Shown here piece after piece: positions 27,500 through 39,319 of a stretch of DNA of 64,000 nucleotides. Each line of letters begins with the position of its first letter. Within the stretch, counting starts at the first letter, position 1. Origin of the DNA: Octopus sinensis (Eukaryota); NCBI RefSeq assembly GCF_006345805.1, contig NC_043003.1, forward strand, positions 27,218,001 through 27,282,000, given 5' to 3'. The translations under genes and the position numbers were made by a program. The notes below the pieces were generated by a model, which saw nothing but the letters and a program-made list of their open reading frames with translations, had not been told where the DNA came from and searched no databases.

Positions 27500-27743
27500 C
27501 ATGACACTGTCTAAGTTTCAACTGACCAATGGAGGTGAAGGGCGCGTAGTTTTAGTCCGCGCCCTCTCTAAACCTGCTTTCTAATAGTGTCGTGTTAATT
27601 TCAGTTTGTAATTTTTTCAAGACTTATACACGCCCTGATACCGTCGGTATCTACATATCAAATTTGAGCGCAATCGGATGGAGGATGCCCGAGATCCTAG
27701 AAGACACACACACAGACAGACAGAACGGATTTTATATAATAGA
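27500..27743 (-). mobile_element. Helitron 5' fragment
   Basis: 5' TCTATTATATAAAATCCGTTCTGTCTGTC; homologous to 35717-35862. Confidence 0.65.
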
Positions 27744-28199
27744 TATATATATAAAGAGAGGGAGGAATAGCTTCAGTTATTTCCGTGCTGGTCGAAAAAC
27801 ATAGATGATTTAACGAAAACACCTATAATTCACCTTGATACGAATACAAGCTCAGTGATAGTGCTGAGGAAGGTACACTTGATAAGTTTAAATTAAATTA
27901 TTTTTTGAAAAATTGATTTATTTAATTTCCAAGTTAAACCCGAAACTATAGTACACGATTAACTAACAGTAATTTTGTTAAAAAATTGTTTTGTTCGTCT
28001 CGCCCCCTACTTTGAAGGGGGTTAAATGACGAATTGTTATGTGCTGTAGTTTTTTTTTTTTTTTTTATAACAGCAGTCCCGAAACGGAAAATGACACAGA
28101 AGACGTAGACATGCATGTCCTCCATCAGTTTTCAGGCAAAAATAATCACAATTTCATGCTATTACCGATAAACTTGTTCATTTTGGTGGCGTCAATATG

Positions 28200-28503
28200 T
28201 ATACATCCATCCATCCATCCATCCATCCATCCATCCATACATACATACATACATACATACATACATACATACATACATACATACATACATGCATGCATAC
28301 ATACATGCATGCATGCATGCATACATACATACATACATACATACATACATACATACATACATACATACATACATACATACATACATGCGTCCAAACAAAA
28401 ACACCCTGTTGTTGCTAAAATTCCAATGAAAGTGCCTTGGATCTAGGTTAGAAACCGGTGCTTTCTCTATTGGCAAGAAATCTTAAAATAAACTGAATAA
28501 TGA
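28200..28503 (+). mobile_element. (CATC)n/(CATA)n plus the 3' terminus of R4-type family 2
   Basis: ...AATTCCAATGAA...GAAACCGG...GGCAAGAAATC...AAACTGAATAATGA|CATACATAC is shared with 34600-34707 and 44651-44760. Confidence 0.7.
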
Positions 28504-28637
28504 CATACATACATACACACCTACACATACATACATACATACACACATGCATACTTACGTGCATATCTTTTACTTGTTTCAGTCGTTGGACTATAGACAT
28601 GCTGGGGCACCTCACTTTGTATATGTGTGTATGTATG

Positions 28638-28863
<226 letters not shown>

Positions 28864-29083
28864 TATGTCATAAGAATTTAGAAAATTCAACTGACGTGAA
28901 GCAAATCATTTTAAAAATGGAACGCGTAGATAAAGCTATAAATGAAAGTATGTAGTAGTGTGTGTGTGGGGGGGGGGGTTAGATCAGACGAATAAGAGAG
29001 TATTGCTCAGTACAAGTTGCAGAAGATATGGGTTAATTTCCATTCATTCAAACTGAAACTGAAGCTTTGTCTCGTTACTAGAG

Positions 29084-29127
29084 TTTCACACCTGAAGAAC
29101 ATAGTAACGCGGAAATCGAGTCGTGAA
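29084..29127 (+). ncRNA. Decayed hammerhead-like motif
   Basis: TTCACAC-CTGAAGA-ACATAGTAACGCG-GAAA-TCGAG-TC-GTGAA; stem II is weakened. Confidence 0.4.
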
Positions 29128-30392
29128 GCAAATATTCAGTTTCAGTAAAAGAAAATGCATATATGTGTGTGCATATGAGTATATAGGCAGTTTTTTTTTT
29201 TTTTTTTAAATTATAAAGAATATAAAACATGACAGCGTTTACACTAAAGACGGTGTCAAAACAAAATATAAAGGCAATTATATAAGCCTGTTGCAAGGAG
29301 GAAAAGGAGTGCCGAAAACATATATCTGAACATAAACAATAAAGAGGTGTAGGTGGGTAAAAGGTTCTACGGGTTGATAGGCAGGGAGAATTAGCAAAAA
29401 TTAATGAAGGGATTATTGCTGGAAGCTGGAAGGAAACTAACTTCAAGGTACTGGTATATGCGTATGTGCAGCATAAGGGTAACTATTGTGCAATTGTGGA
29501 ATCTTCAAGCGGAAATATAAATACTAACCGTTCAGAAATATAAATCTTCTCTTGATTTTTTTTCTCTTCAAATTTCAAATGATTCACCGGCTTCATTTTC
29601 CTTTTCTTAATCATTCTTATTTTTAGGGCTTATTTTCCTTAAATTTCTTCTCTGTCTGGACCAATTCTCGATGTTGAAGAATTTAAAAGAAAAGTAGCTA
29701 CAGTATTTACTATAAATTCTTTCTTCTGACCAGAAAATCAACAGAGATTTCTCTATTTTTTTCACCTTTTTTTATTCGTTCAATTTATTTTTTCAATTGA
29801 AGACCATCTTTAAAAAATTCCTCTCGTCATTTTCTTTAATAATTTTATTTTTAAAATGACACATTCTAGTTAAATACAAATGTAACCGTGGTTTCTGATA
29901 TTAATATAAGACCATAAACTATCGAGAGTTGGTATGGTGGGTTTAACTGGTTGCAGTACATGACTGGTACTGTGTCGTATACACTCTTTCACAGATGGAT
30001 AAAATTCCCAAAACAGAGAACTGCAAATGATACAACTAAATACTGTAAGATATTTTGTGGGTTCTAAGCCTTCATTTATTGTAATGTGTGGTCACATCTG
30101 TTACATGGGTTTCCTTTTTGTTTTTCAAGGGTTTATGTGTTTTGTATGTAATGAGGTCTGTTGTGATGTTTTCCTCTTTCGTGAATGTAGGGTTTATCGT
30201 TATTGTATATGAGCTTACCAAAATATTTTTAAAAAATAGAAAGTGTTGGAATGGGGTAATTCGGCTATTATAGCAGACAGCAAAAAGAGGAAAACAAACC
30301 TTAGTATCTCATGAATTAGTTAACAGAAAACATCTGGACAATAAAAACACACCATATACATAAATATAAATCATATCACAGATGGGCTGAGG

Positions 30393-30475
30393 TTCACTAC
30401 AGCTGTTTCAGACGTGTTCTTTATTGATGAACAAAACAATTATGTCAATTAAAAAAGACGTTTTCTTCAAGCGAA
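30393..30475 (-). ncRNA. Type I hammerhead-like motif
   Basis: TTCGC-TTGAAGA-AAACGT...ACGTCT-GAAA-C-AGCT-GTA-GTGAA: 5-bp stem I, GUA triplet, C3U change. Confidence 0.6.
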
Positions 30476-30735
30476 TTAAGAGTAAAATTTAACATTTACG
30501 ATTTTTCAGTGTCATATCAGCGTTGTTATATCAAAATTCAAAATGTAAAGTAACCATATTACTAAATAATAAATATAAAATAATTACAATCAGACCTATA
30601 CCCAATTCAGGCAGACACCTTATCTCCTCTACGCTTTTGCCAAGCTTTGATCTCATTAATAAACTTGCTGAATGAAAATAGATACATATAGTTATATATG
30701 GAAATGAAAATTTATCAGTATAAAAATGTGTATTG

Positions 30736-31068
30736 TTTTATTTGCTTCAGTCATTTTGACTGCAGCCATGCTGGAGCACTGCCTTTAGTCGAACAAATCA
30801 ACCCCAGGACATATTCTTTGTAATAAGTCCTGTACTTATTCTATCGGTCTCCTTTCTACAACGCTAAGTTACAGGGACATAAACACACCAGCATCGGTTG
30901 TCAAGCGATGATGGGACAAACACAGACGTACACATACACACACACAGGTCTTCTTTCAGTTTCTGTCTATCAAATCCACTCACAAGGCTTTGGTCGTCTC
31001 GAGGCTATAGTAGAAGACACTTGCCAAAGGTGCCACGCAGTGGGACTGAACCCGGAACCATGTGGTTG
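30736..31068 (-). mobile_element. SINE family A copy
   Basis: Same family. Confidence 0.85.
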
Positions 31069-31142
31069 CCAATGTCCATAATAATAGAAGAGTAACATAA
31101 CCTAATTACATAATAATGGATTATAAAGTGACCTACGTGGAT

Positions 31143-31335
31143 AATAATCCTTTCTACTATAGGTACAAGGGCTGGAATTTGTGGGTTGGGGGACTAGTCG
31201 ATTACATCGACCTCAGTGTTTCACTGGTTACTTAATTTGAAAGGCAAAGTCGACCTCGGCTAAATTTGAACTCAGAACGTAGCGACGGGCGAAATAACGC
31301 TAAGCATTTCGACCGGCGTGCTAGCGATTCTCGCC
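31143..31335 (-). mobile_element. tRNA-derived SINE family B copy
   Basis: GGCGAGAATCGCTAGCACGCCGG...TCTGAGTTCAAATT (B box)...GCCGAGGTCGACTTTGCCTTTCA...TAGTAGAAAGGATTATTAT tail. Confidence 0.85.
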
Positions 31336-31610
31336 GTCTTGCCGGACCGGGCTGTGTATTGTGCTCTTGAGCAAGACACTTTATTTCACCTTGCTCAAGT
31401 TCACACAGCTGTAGAAATGAGTTGCGACGTCACAGGTGCCAAGCTGTATCGGCTGTTGCCTTTCCCTTGGATAACACTGGTGGCGTGGAGAGGGGGCGGT
31501 ATGCATGGGCGACTGCTGGTCTACCATAAACAACCTTGCCCGGACTTGTGCCTGGGAGGGTAACATTCTAGGTGCAATCCCATGGTCTTTGTCGAGACCG
31601 AAGGGGGTAT
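31336..31610 (+). mobile_element. Third SINE type with a CORE-like segment
   Basis: TGTGCTCTTGAGCAAGACACTTTATTTCAC resembles the CORE motif of CORE-SINEs (recall, not searched). Confidence 0.45.
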
Positions 31611-31816
31611 CAGAATTATTTTAGTGAACTGAAATTTGGAAAATGAAAGGCAAGTTCGAGGTTTTAACGTTGTTCTTTGTTTGCTTGTCGGTTTGTTTTC
31701 TATTTTTCTCAGTTTGAGAACATTAAACTAAGCAACCTACCGCATATTAATTCATGGTTCAACCACTGACACAATACTGTTACTGATCAATAGGATTGAA
31801 TAGAAGATTTACTCAC

Positions 31817-31851
31817 CTCTTCTGAAGGTCTTTTGGTGTTCGCAAATTTTT
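31817..31851 (-). CDS. Sulfotransferase exon 2, a 35-nt stem-region microexon
   Basis: A long polypyrimidine tract ending TTCTTCAG precedes it and a GAG|GTGAGT donor follows. It enters in phase 1 and exits in phase 0, giving (K)KFANTKRPSEE, which bridges exon 1 to either catalytic exon in frame. Confidence 0.7.
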
Positions 31852-32124
31852 CTGAAGAAGGGGAAAACAAGAAGAAGAAGAAAAAGAGAAATTAAAGGTG
31901 AGTCACATGAAAATAACAGCAACATTAAATTCATTCACTCTATAATACAATAAGTAACATGCCACAGACTGTATGAATTCATTAACTTCTACATTTATTG
32001 CAAAACAAGGGGGAGACGAGGTTTCGATCTGCTTTATCTCCTTCACCTTCATTTTACATGGGACCACTCTTGATAATCCTCACAGTTATACAAATTATAC
32101 ACTTTCTTTCTCTCGGTAGAGCCT

Positions 32125-32166
32125 GTCTTTGATGAGGAGGCTTTCTAACACCGAAATAAACCTGAC
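32125..32166 (+). ncRNA. Decayed hammerhead-like motif
   Basis: GTCT-TTGATGA-GGAG...CACC-GAAA-TAAA-CC-TGAC; several core and stem changes. Confidence 0.3.
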
Positions 32167-32380
32167 ACCGTCTCCCTTAGATGCATAAATATTTAAAATA
32201 AACATTAGGCCATTGAACAACTTGTAATAACTTAACCAACATCAACTTATATGTAAAACATGTTAGCTCTTTGGTGCTCACTATATTCAATATGTTCATA
32301 GTACTTTCACTATTATTCGTCATATAATTGGTATTTCTCAGTAACTGACTTCATCGTTGATATATATATAATTTAAAATT

Positions 32381-32560
32381 AAATTAATCAAAGGACATAC
32401 TATATATGTCTACTTGCTGGAAATAACAGTCAAAACTCTTATTTAAATTGCCAAAATACACTGATAATAACTATTATCAGTGTATTTTGGCGATATAAAT
32501 AATAGATTTGACTGTTATTTCCAGGAGGTAGACATACTTAGTATGTCCTTTGATTAATTT
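32381..32560. repeat. Near-perfect 180-bp palindrome with a 2-nt loop
   Basis: Centre CTGATAATA-AC-TATTATCAG; arms pair out to AAATTAATCAAAGGACATAC / GTATGTCCTTTGATTAATTT. Confidence 0.9.
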
Positions 32561-32733
32561 TAATCCTTCAACTATTTAATGCTTTTTGGGGGCCTGCAAT
32601 CACCTATATTATTGTTTCTGTTATTGCCATTTTTAAACTGTTACAGTAGATAATAATAGAGTCAATGATATCTTCGCAAATTATTTTCCCGTGTATTATG
32701 TTTTTTCTTATGAATTATTTGTTCCGTATTGAA

Positions 32734-32804
<71 letters not shown>

Positions 32805-33329
32805 ATATTATATATATATATATATATTATATATATATATATGTATATAAAACCAAGAGGCTCTGTAACTGGAAGAAATTCGAAGAAGTTATCGTCCATG
32901 CATTACACCCAAGACATACAGCATTGATGGTGATACCCTTGTAACTGATCTAGAAACTTCAGGATGGAAAAGCACCTGGAAGAAACTTCCACCGACCATG
33001 TTTTATCAACCTGTACCAGCAAGCTCTCAGTGAACAACTTGTACCAGCAAGTCTTCAGTAGCATACTGAGACAAACTAGATACCTGTAACTTTCTTCAAC
33101 AGTCAAGTCATTGATGGAGGTATTGCTAGTCTGGTTTACAGTTTTCCTTTTTTTCACAACCATATAGTAACTTTTCAGAATTTTTCATTTAAGTATATAT
33201 GAGCATTCTAAATATGCAAGTATATGCATGATGAGAATACATACATAAAACAAAACATACAAATCTGCACATGTACATATATATACATGCATGTATACAT
33301 AAATATGTACATACAAGCATGCATACATA

Positions 33330-34541
33330 CGTAAGACTCGAAAAGTACTAAAAAACACACATAATTTCCACATAAACAGTGACGTAGACCGCCTCTGCCT
33401 AAAACGAAATCAAGGTGGCAGAGGCTTAACATCGATCCAAAATGCCTTTGAATGTGGCATCATATCCCTTCAACAACATCTTTTAACCACCAAGTGTCGA
33501 AGTGCATCCCTTGACTAAGTTTGAATACATCATAAGACTCGGAAGGCAGCTCCATAAGCAACCATCTTTGTCTGATAAACTAGAATACAAGCCCAAAGAA
33601 GTCGTACGACTCTACCGTATCACTAGATGAAAAGATAAGCCTATATTGGCAGAAGACTATGCATGGCTATGTTAGTAGAAGCTCCGTGATGATAGTAACA
33701 TCGAACATCAAAGCAGTTTATCATGGACCAATAGCTGGATTATTACCTCTCACTTTGAAGGGTATGCGTCTGCAATCCAGGAACAGGAAATATCAACCAA
33801 GTACCTGATGCGCAAGAGGGATAGAGATGCAGGAAAAGCAGTAAAATGTAACAACCAATGCAGACTTTGTGGAGTTCACACTGAAGATAAGCATTTGTCC
33901 GAAGATGTCATCACAATATTATCTACTGATGAGACATGATGTTGTAGCTAGGACACTCTATAATGAAATCCGTCGGAAGGATAATCCCGAGGACATAGAA
34001 ATGAGAACCGACAATATGGTAGAGGCAATGACCACACATGATATAAAAGAATACTGCTAGAATGTTAACATAAAGCTGAAGATCAGTGAAAAAGAGAACA
34101 CCTATGCTGAACTATAGAGGAATCTCCAGTTACTCTATCCAGATTACAAGTTCAGGTTTATTGAGGCCCTGGGATATGTAACACACTGCCTAAATACTAA
34201 TCTTGAGGAAAACCAGAAATGAGAAAGCTAATTCAAAGACTACAGATCCAATCCATCACTGGAACTGTAAAAATCTGTAAAACCTTCCAGAAGTTTATCA
34301 TTTAAATATATATGAGCATGTTTACATATGCAATTATGTGTATGAGAATACATACATAAAGCATACAAATCTGCACATACATACATACATACATGCATTC
34401 ATACATACATATATACATACATACATACATACATACATACATACATACATGCATTCATACATACATACATACATACATACATACATACATACATACATAC
34501 ATACATACATACATACATGCATTCATACATACATACATACA

Positions 34542-34572
<31 letters not shown>

Positions 34573-34707
34573 CATACATACATACATACATACATACGAA
34601 AATACCTTGTGGTTGGTGTTGAAATTCCAATGAAGGAGCTTTGGATCTAACTTAGAAACCGGTTCTTTCTCTTTTTGGCAAGAAATCTTGAAATAAACTG
34701 AATAATG
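33330..34707 (+). mobile_element. 5'-truncated R4/Dong-type LINE (family 2), preceded by a sibling 3' UTR piece at 33170-33330
   Basis: DVDRLCLKRNQGGRGL, AIQEQEISTKY, CRLC...CPKM...RHDVVAR. The 3' UTR contains a long (CATA)n. Confidence 0.82.
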
Positions 34708-35354
34708 TCGTACATGCATGTATGCATACATTGGGGAAAAAAACATTTATTGATAACTGAAGAGAAAAATACAGTTCTTATATCCTGGATACAGATTTTC
34801 ATTTGTCCATTTGTTCATAGGTGCACTGGGCTACGTAACAACATAGGCCCTTACAAATTTGAAAGTGGCATAGGCCCTTACAAATTTGAAAGTGGCATAG
34901 GCCGCTTACAAATGCTTGTGTTCTCCAAAAGAAAAAAAAAAGAAGACTGGTTCTTATTCTTCGGATACACTCGGTCAGTTAAGCGGTGAAAATTTGTAAG
35001 ATATTTCAAAGATTCTTCATTTGAAACCCCTGGGTGAATATATGCACACAATTACATTTACATATCGAGTACATATACAACCACACACATAAAGTAATGA
35101 AATATAGACACTTTTATTGTAGTATGTACACTCTCGAATGCAAGGTTAATCAAACGCACAAACATAGATACACCATTCATGTATATGCGCACACATCATC
35201 CAATTCAGCTAATCGCACGCCTCAAGAGGTGTATTGTCATGACTCAAATATTATGAGAGTGACCCGTTTGAATTCTTTGAAGAAAAAGCTGAAAATAAAT
35301 CCCTAAAAAAACATACAGATGTAAAACAACCTACATACGTGTACGTTGTTTTGA

Positions 35355-35388
<34 letters not shown>

Positions 35389-35391
<3 letters not shown>

Positions 35392-35862
35392 CAAAACGCC
35401 CCCGTCCAATGGACGGTGCTGAGTTGTCAAATATTTAAACCAAATCTTCTCAAAACAACTTGTCCGACCGTCCCATAGGCATCCCCTTTGAGAAACACTG
35501 ATTTAATTTAAATTTGAGAACACCAGCAAAAGAAGAAATCAAGATAGACTTCTTTTCTATTCCAACGAAAAACGATTTTATTCACACAAATATGCAACCG
35601 AAGAGTTTAAAGTACCAGTAATGATAAGGCTGTTGACTGGGAGAACACAAACATGGTTTAATCAGTAAGGTTGGCACGTTCCCACGGCTTTATCAATCGC
35701 ATTCTTACCAGGAATCGATTTTTGTAATTTTTTCAAAACTTATACACGCCTTGATAACGTCGGTATCTACATATCAAATTTGAGCGCAATCGGATGGAGG
35801 ATGCCCGAGATCCTAGAAGCCACAGACACACATAGACAGAACGGATTTTATATTATATATAT
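35389..35862 (-). mobile_element. Non-autonomous Helitron between (TA)n tracts
   Basis: Subterminal hairpin CCGTCCA-A-TGGACGG (35402-35416) with a degenerate CTAG end. The 5' part is homologous to 27600-27743. Confidence 0.65.
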
Positions 35863-36519
35863 ATATATATATACGTAAGCGATTATATGTTCGTGAGGAT
35901 GTGCGTACAATCATATTTGCGCGTGCTTGTGTGCATATATTTTTTCATTTGTTTGAGTGCGTACGTGTTTAAGTTTGTGTGTAAGTGGCTGGGTGTAGAC
36001 GTGTGTCTACATATATATAACGATTTATTATTCATGAGAGAAGCAATTTGTTTAATTTTGCTTGTTTATATTTTCTTCTTTTTTTTTTGTTCCAGCTGTA
36101 GATTTCATTTCTTATAGTCTTTCTCTTCTTAGTTCAGGATTCTTTAGGTCACATGACACACACACACACACACACATCCAAACACACACACAGACAAACG
36201 CACACACACACATACGGACACCTGTACATACAATATATGCAAATACACGCATGCCCATGACTAACACGCGCACATCCAACACATGTATAACAAGATTGCT
36301 AACACACACATACGAGCGTGTAACTATATGCAAACAGTCACAACACCCACGCTAAACTCGCCACAAAACAACACACAGGCACACATACCCATGTGTATAC
36401 CCATTTATACATACACTCACACGCGCACACTCACACATTCATACACATACACGTACACACACATGCAAAGAGAAACCCGAACATACACATAGACACAAAA
36501 AAATATATACACGCATATA

Positions 36520-36906
36520 CTCTTTTACTTGTTTCAGGCATGTGGGTGTGGCCATGTTGGAGCACCGCTTTTAGTTGAGCGAGTCGATCCCAGGACTTGT
36601 TCTTTGTAAGCCTAGTACTTATTCTATCGGGGTCTTTTGCCGAACCGCTACATTACGGGGACGTAAACACACCATCATCGGTTGTCAAGCGATGTTGGGG
36701 GCACAAACACAAACACACAAACACATACATATATATATACATATACATATATAAAACGGGATTCTTTCAGTTTCTGTCTACCAAATCCACTCACAAGGCA
36801 TTGGTCGGCCCGAGGCTATAGTAGAAGACACTTGCCCAAGGTGCCACGCAGTGGGACTGAACCCAGAACTATGTGGTTGGTAAGCAAGCTACTTACCACA
36901 CAGCCA
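36520..36906 (-). mobile_element. SINE family A copy
   Basis: Same family, near full length. Confidence 0.88.
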
Positions 36907-37574
36907 ATAAATCACAAACGTAAGGGACCCTTTTACCTTGTTGCTTGGCCTGTTAAAAATTGCAACTAAATCTTTGTCAAAATGCACACAACCAGCTTTT
37001 AAAAATAAAGAACACACAGGATAACGTAACCTATAATAAAATTATTTGATGGTCACGGCAAGAACGCCTTTTCATCACAGGTCTTAGCAACGAGGACTGG
37101 CCTAGAGACAAATAACAACAACAGCGACAACACACGCAGAAGTCACTCGATCTGCAAGAAATAACAGCCAAATCTTCAATTATCTAATCCTACTGTCTTA
37201 AAAAAAACAGAGAAGAGCACATGGGATGATGAATGCAGTTCTATATATTCAAAAAGGGATATGGTAACGGCTGGAAAGCTTTTAATCATACAACTGCCTA
37301 ATAAGAGCCGATCTGGAGCTAAACGTTGCTACCACCACCGACAACAACAGCAATTCTTTCTACTGAAGGCACAAGGCCTTGAAATTTGCGGGGAGGGGAC
37401 CAGTCGATTACAACAACAATAACAATAATAACAGCAGTAATGCGAGGTAAGGAGAGAGCTTGTCTAAAACAACACCCATACCTCTATCATTACATTCGAT
37501 TTGGGCCACCTTTTAGGTGACAATAGATGTTGTGCTGCAGGTATGGTGACCCTACAATTATCAAAGAATGACTA

Positions 37575-37619
<45 letters not shown>

Positions 37620-37620
37620 A

Positions 37621-38010
37621 AGGTGGTGAGCTGGCAGAAGCGTTAGCACGCCGGGCAAAATGCTTAGCGGTATTTCGTCTTCCGTTACGTTCTGAGTTCA
37701 AATTCCGCCGAGGTCGACTTTGCCTTTCATCTTTTCGGGGTCGATTAAATAAGTACCAGTTACGCACTGGGGTCGATATAATCGACTTAATCCATTTGTC
37801 CTCTCTGTGTTTAGCCCCTTGTGGGTTATAAACAAATAGGTATTTCCTCTGCCACTACGTTCTGAGTTCAAATTCCGCGGAGATCAACTTTGCCTTTCCT
37901 CCTTTCGGGGTCAATTAATTAAGTACTAGCTGCGTACAGCGGTCGATCTAATCGACTGGTCCCCTCCACCAAAGTTTCGGGCCTTGTATCTAGAGTAGAA
38001 AAGATTATTA
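37621..38010 (+). mobile_element. SINE family B dimer
   Basis: A full monomer, then a second unit starting at GGTATTTC (37839) with a different tail and (ATT)n. Confidence 0.85.
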
Positions 38011-38048
38011 TTATTGTTGTTGTTGTTGTTGTTGTCGTCGTCGTCGTC

Positions 38049-38116
<68 letters not shown>

Positions 38117-38118
<2 letters not shown>

Positions 38119-38666
38119 CGTGAAAGAGCAGTGCGTGCCAACAAAGTGACACTGGGGCAAAAGATACGAAGCCCAGGATACCCATCATGACTACCTGTCT
38201 GATAAGGGTACACCAGGCACATGCATCACAACCATATGTGCGCGACATGGTGATCTCATATCAAGATAAACAGTGCATGACCTTGCAGGCAGGGCCCAGT
38301 TAGAATTTTCTTCTGGTCAAGTAGCCCATCCCACTGAAAAGGTCCCTAAATAAGGATTAAGGCTGTTCAACGAACTACCCATGTTTCCAAAGGTGAATTA
38401 TCCAAACCTCTAAGAATTCCTTTCAACACACGGCTATGATGCTCCCTCACTACTTCTGCTCGTGGTCATAGATGCACATATCGTCAGCCACTAAGGGACA
38501 TGCTCAATTGGTTATGGTCAAACAACCGACAAGCAAATCTGTGGTATTGAGCAGAATATTTGCTATAACCCATCTTTTATACCAAGACAAAACAATGTAC
38601 AGGGTAACACTTCCAATCAGTTAAGATCAGAAGTCATGAGAGCCAGTCTGGTACTGCATCAGGGCA
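38117..38666 (-). mobile_element. Interspersed repeat with an (AAT)n tail (LINE 3' UTR or SINE)
   Basis: Ends ...CTCTTTCACGG-AATAATAAT on the minus strand. Part is shared with 10490-10570 (GCATGACCTT.CAGG...AGTAGCCCAT). Confidence 0.55.
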
Positions 38667-39319
38667 CACAGAAATTTGGTGCTCAGTAAGTTCAAAACGT
38701 ATTTGTAATCTTTTCGGCCTTCTAAGGCGCCGTCTTTTCATTTCCGTTATTACCATTACATTTCAGAAATTGTCTGGATTGTACAGATAGTATTTTTGTG
38801 TAGAAATACCCGCTGTTTTGCATAGGGTGCGCATAAATGATTTTTGAATTTTAACTGCTTTCGGCAAAAACACGTATTTCACAATTTTCTGCAATTTTTA
38901 AATATGGCTGATAAAGAAGTCATCATAATGTTCGATAAAGGAATTCGCTACATGAAAAATATTGAGACCAAGGAAATAAGTGAGAATATCAACATGGAAT
39001 GGCCTAAATTTAACGACGTTACCGGGGCGAAAAATGTTTCGCATTTAAGCAACGTCAAAATTTTGGGTGTCGACGAAGAGAACAACAGCAACAGCAGCAG
39101 CAGTGACAGCAGCGGCAGCAGCAGTAGTGACAGCAGTAGCAACAACAACAACAACTACTACTACTACTACTACTACTACAACAACAATAACAACAGCAAC
39201 AAAAATACGAAAGAAATAAAACATAAAAATATACATATCACCCCTGTTTCTTTTGCGTCAGCGACGAAAAATATGGAGTGCTTCCACAGATGAAGAAGAA
39301 TTAAAGTTTACTAGAAAAT

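Noticed and set aside
34620-34670. Hammerhead-like CCAATGA...GAAACCGGTT in the R4 3' UTR (also about 28420 and 44700)
   Set aside because: The core lacks U4/G5, and stems I and II do not pair in register.
36820-36906. tRNA genes at SINE heads
   Set aside because: A and B boxes are present, but there is no complete cloverleaf and the sequence continues into the SINE body.
38844-39293. 149-aa ORF
   Set aside because: A large part is AGC/AAC/TAC microsatellite, with no recognisable domain or splice support.
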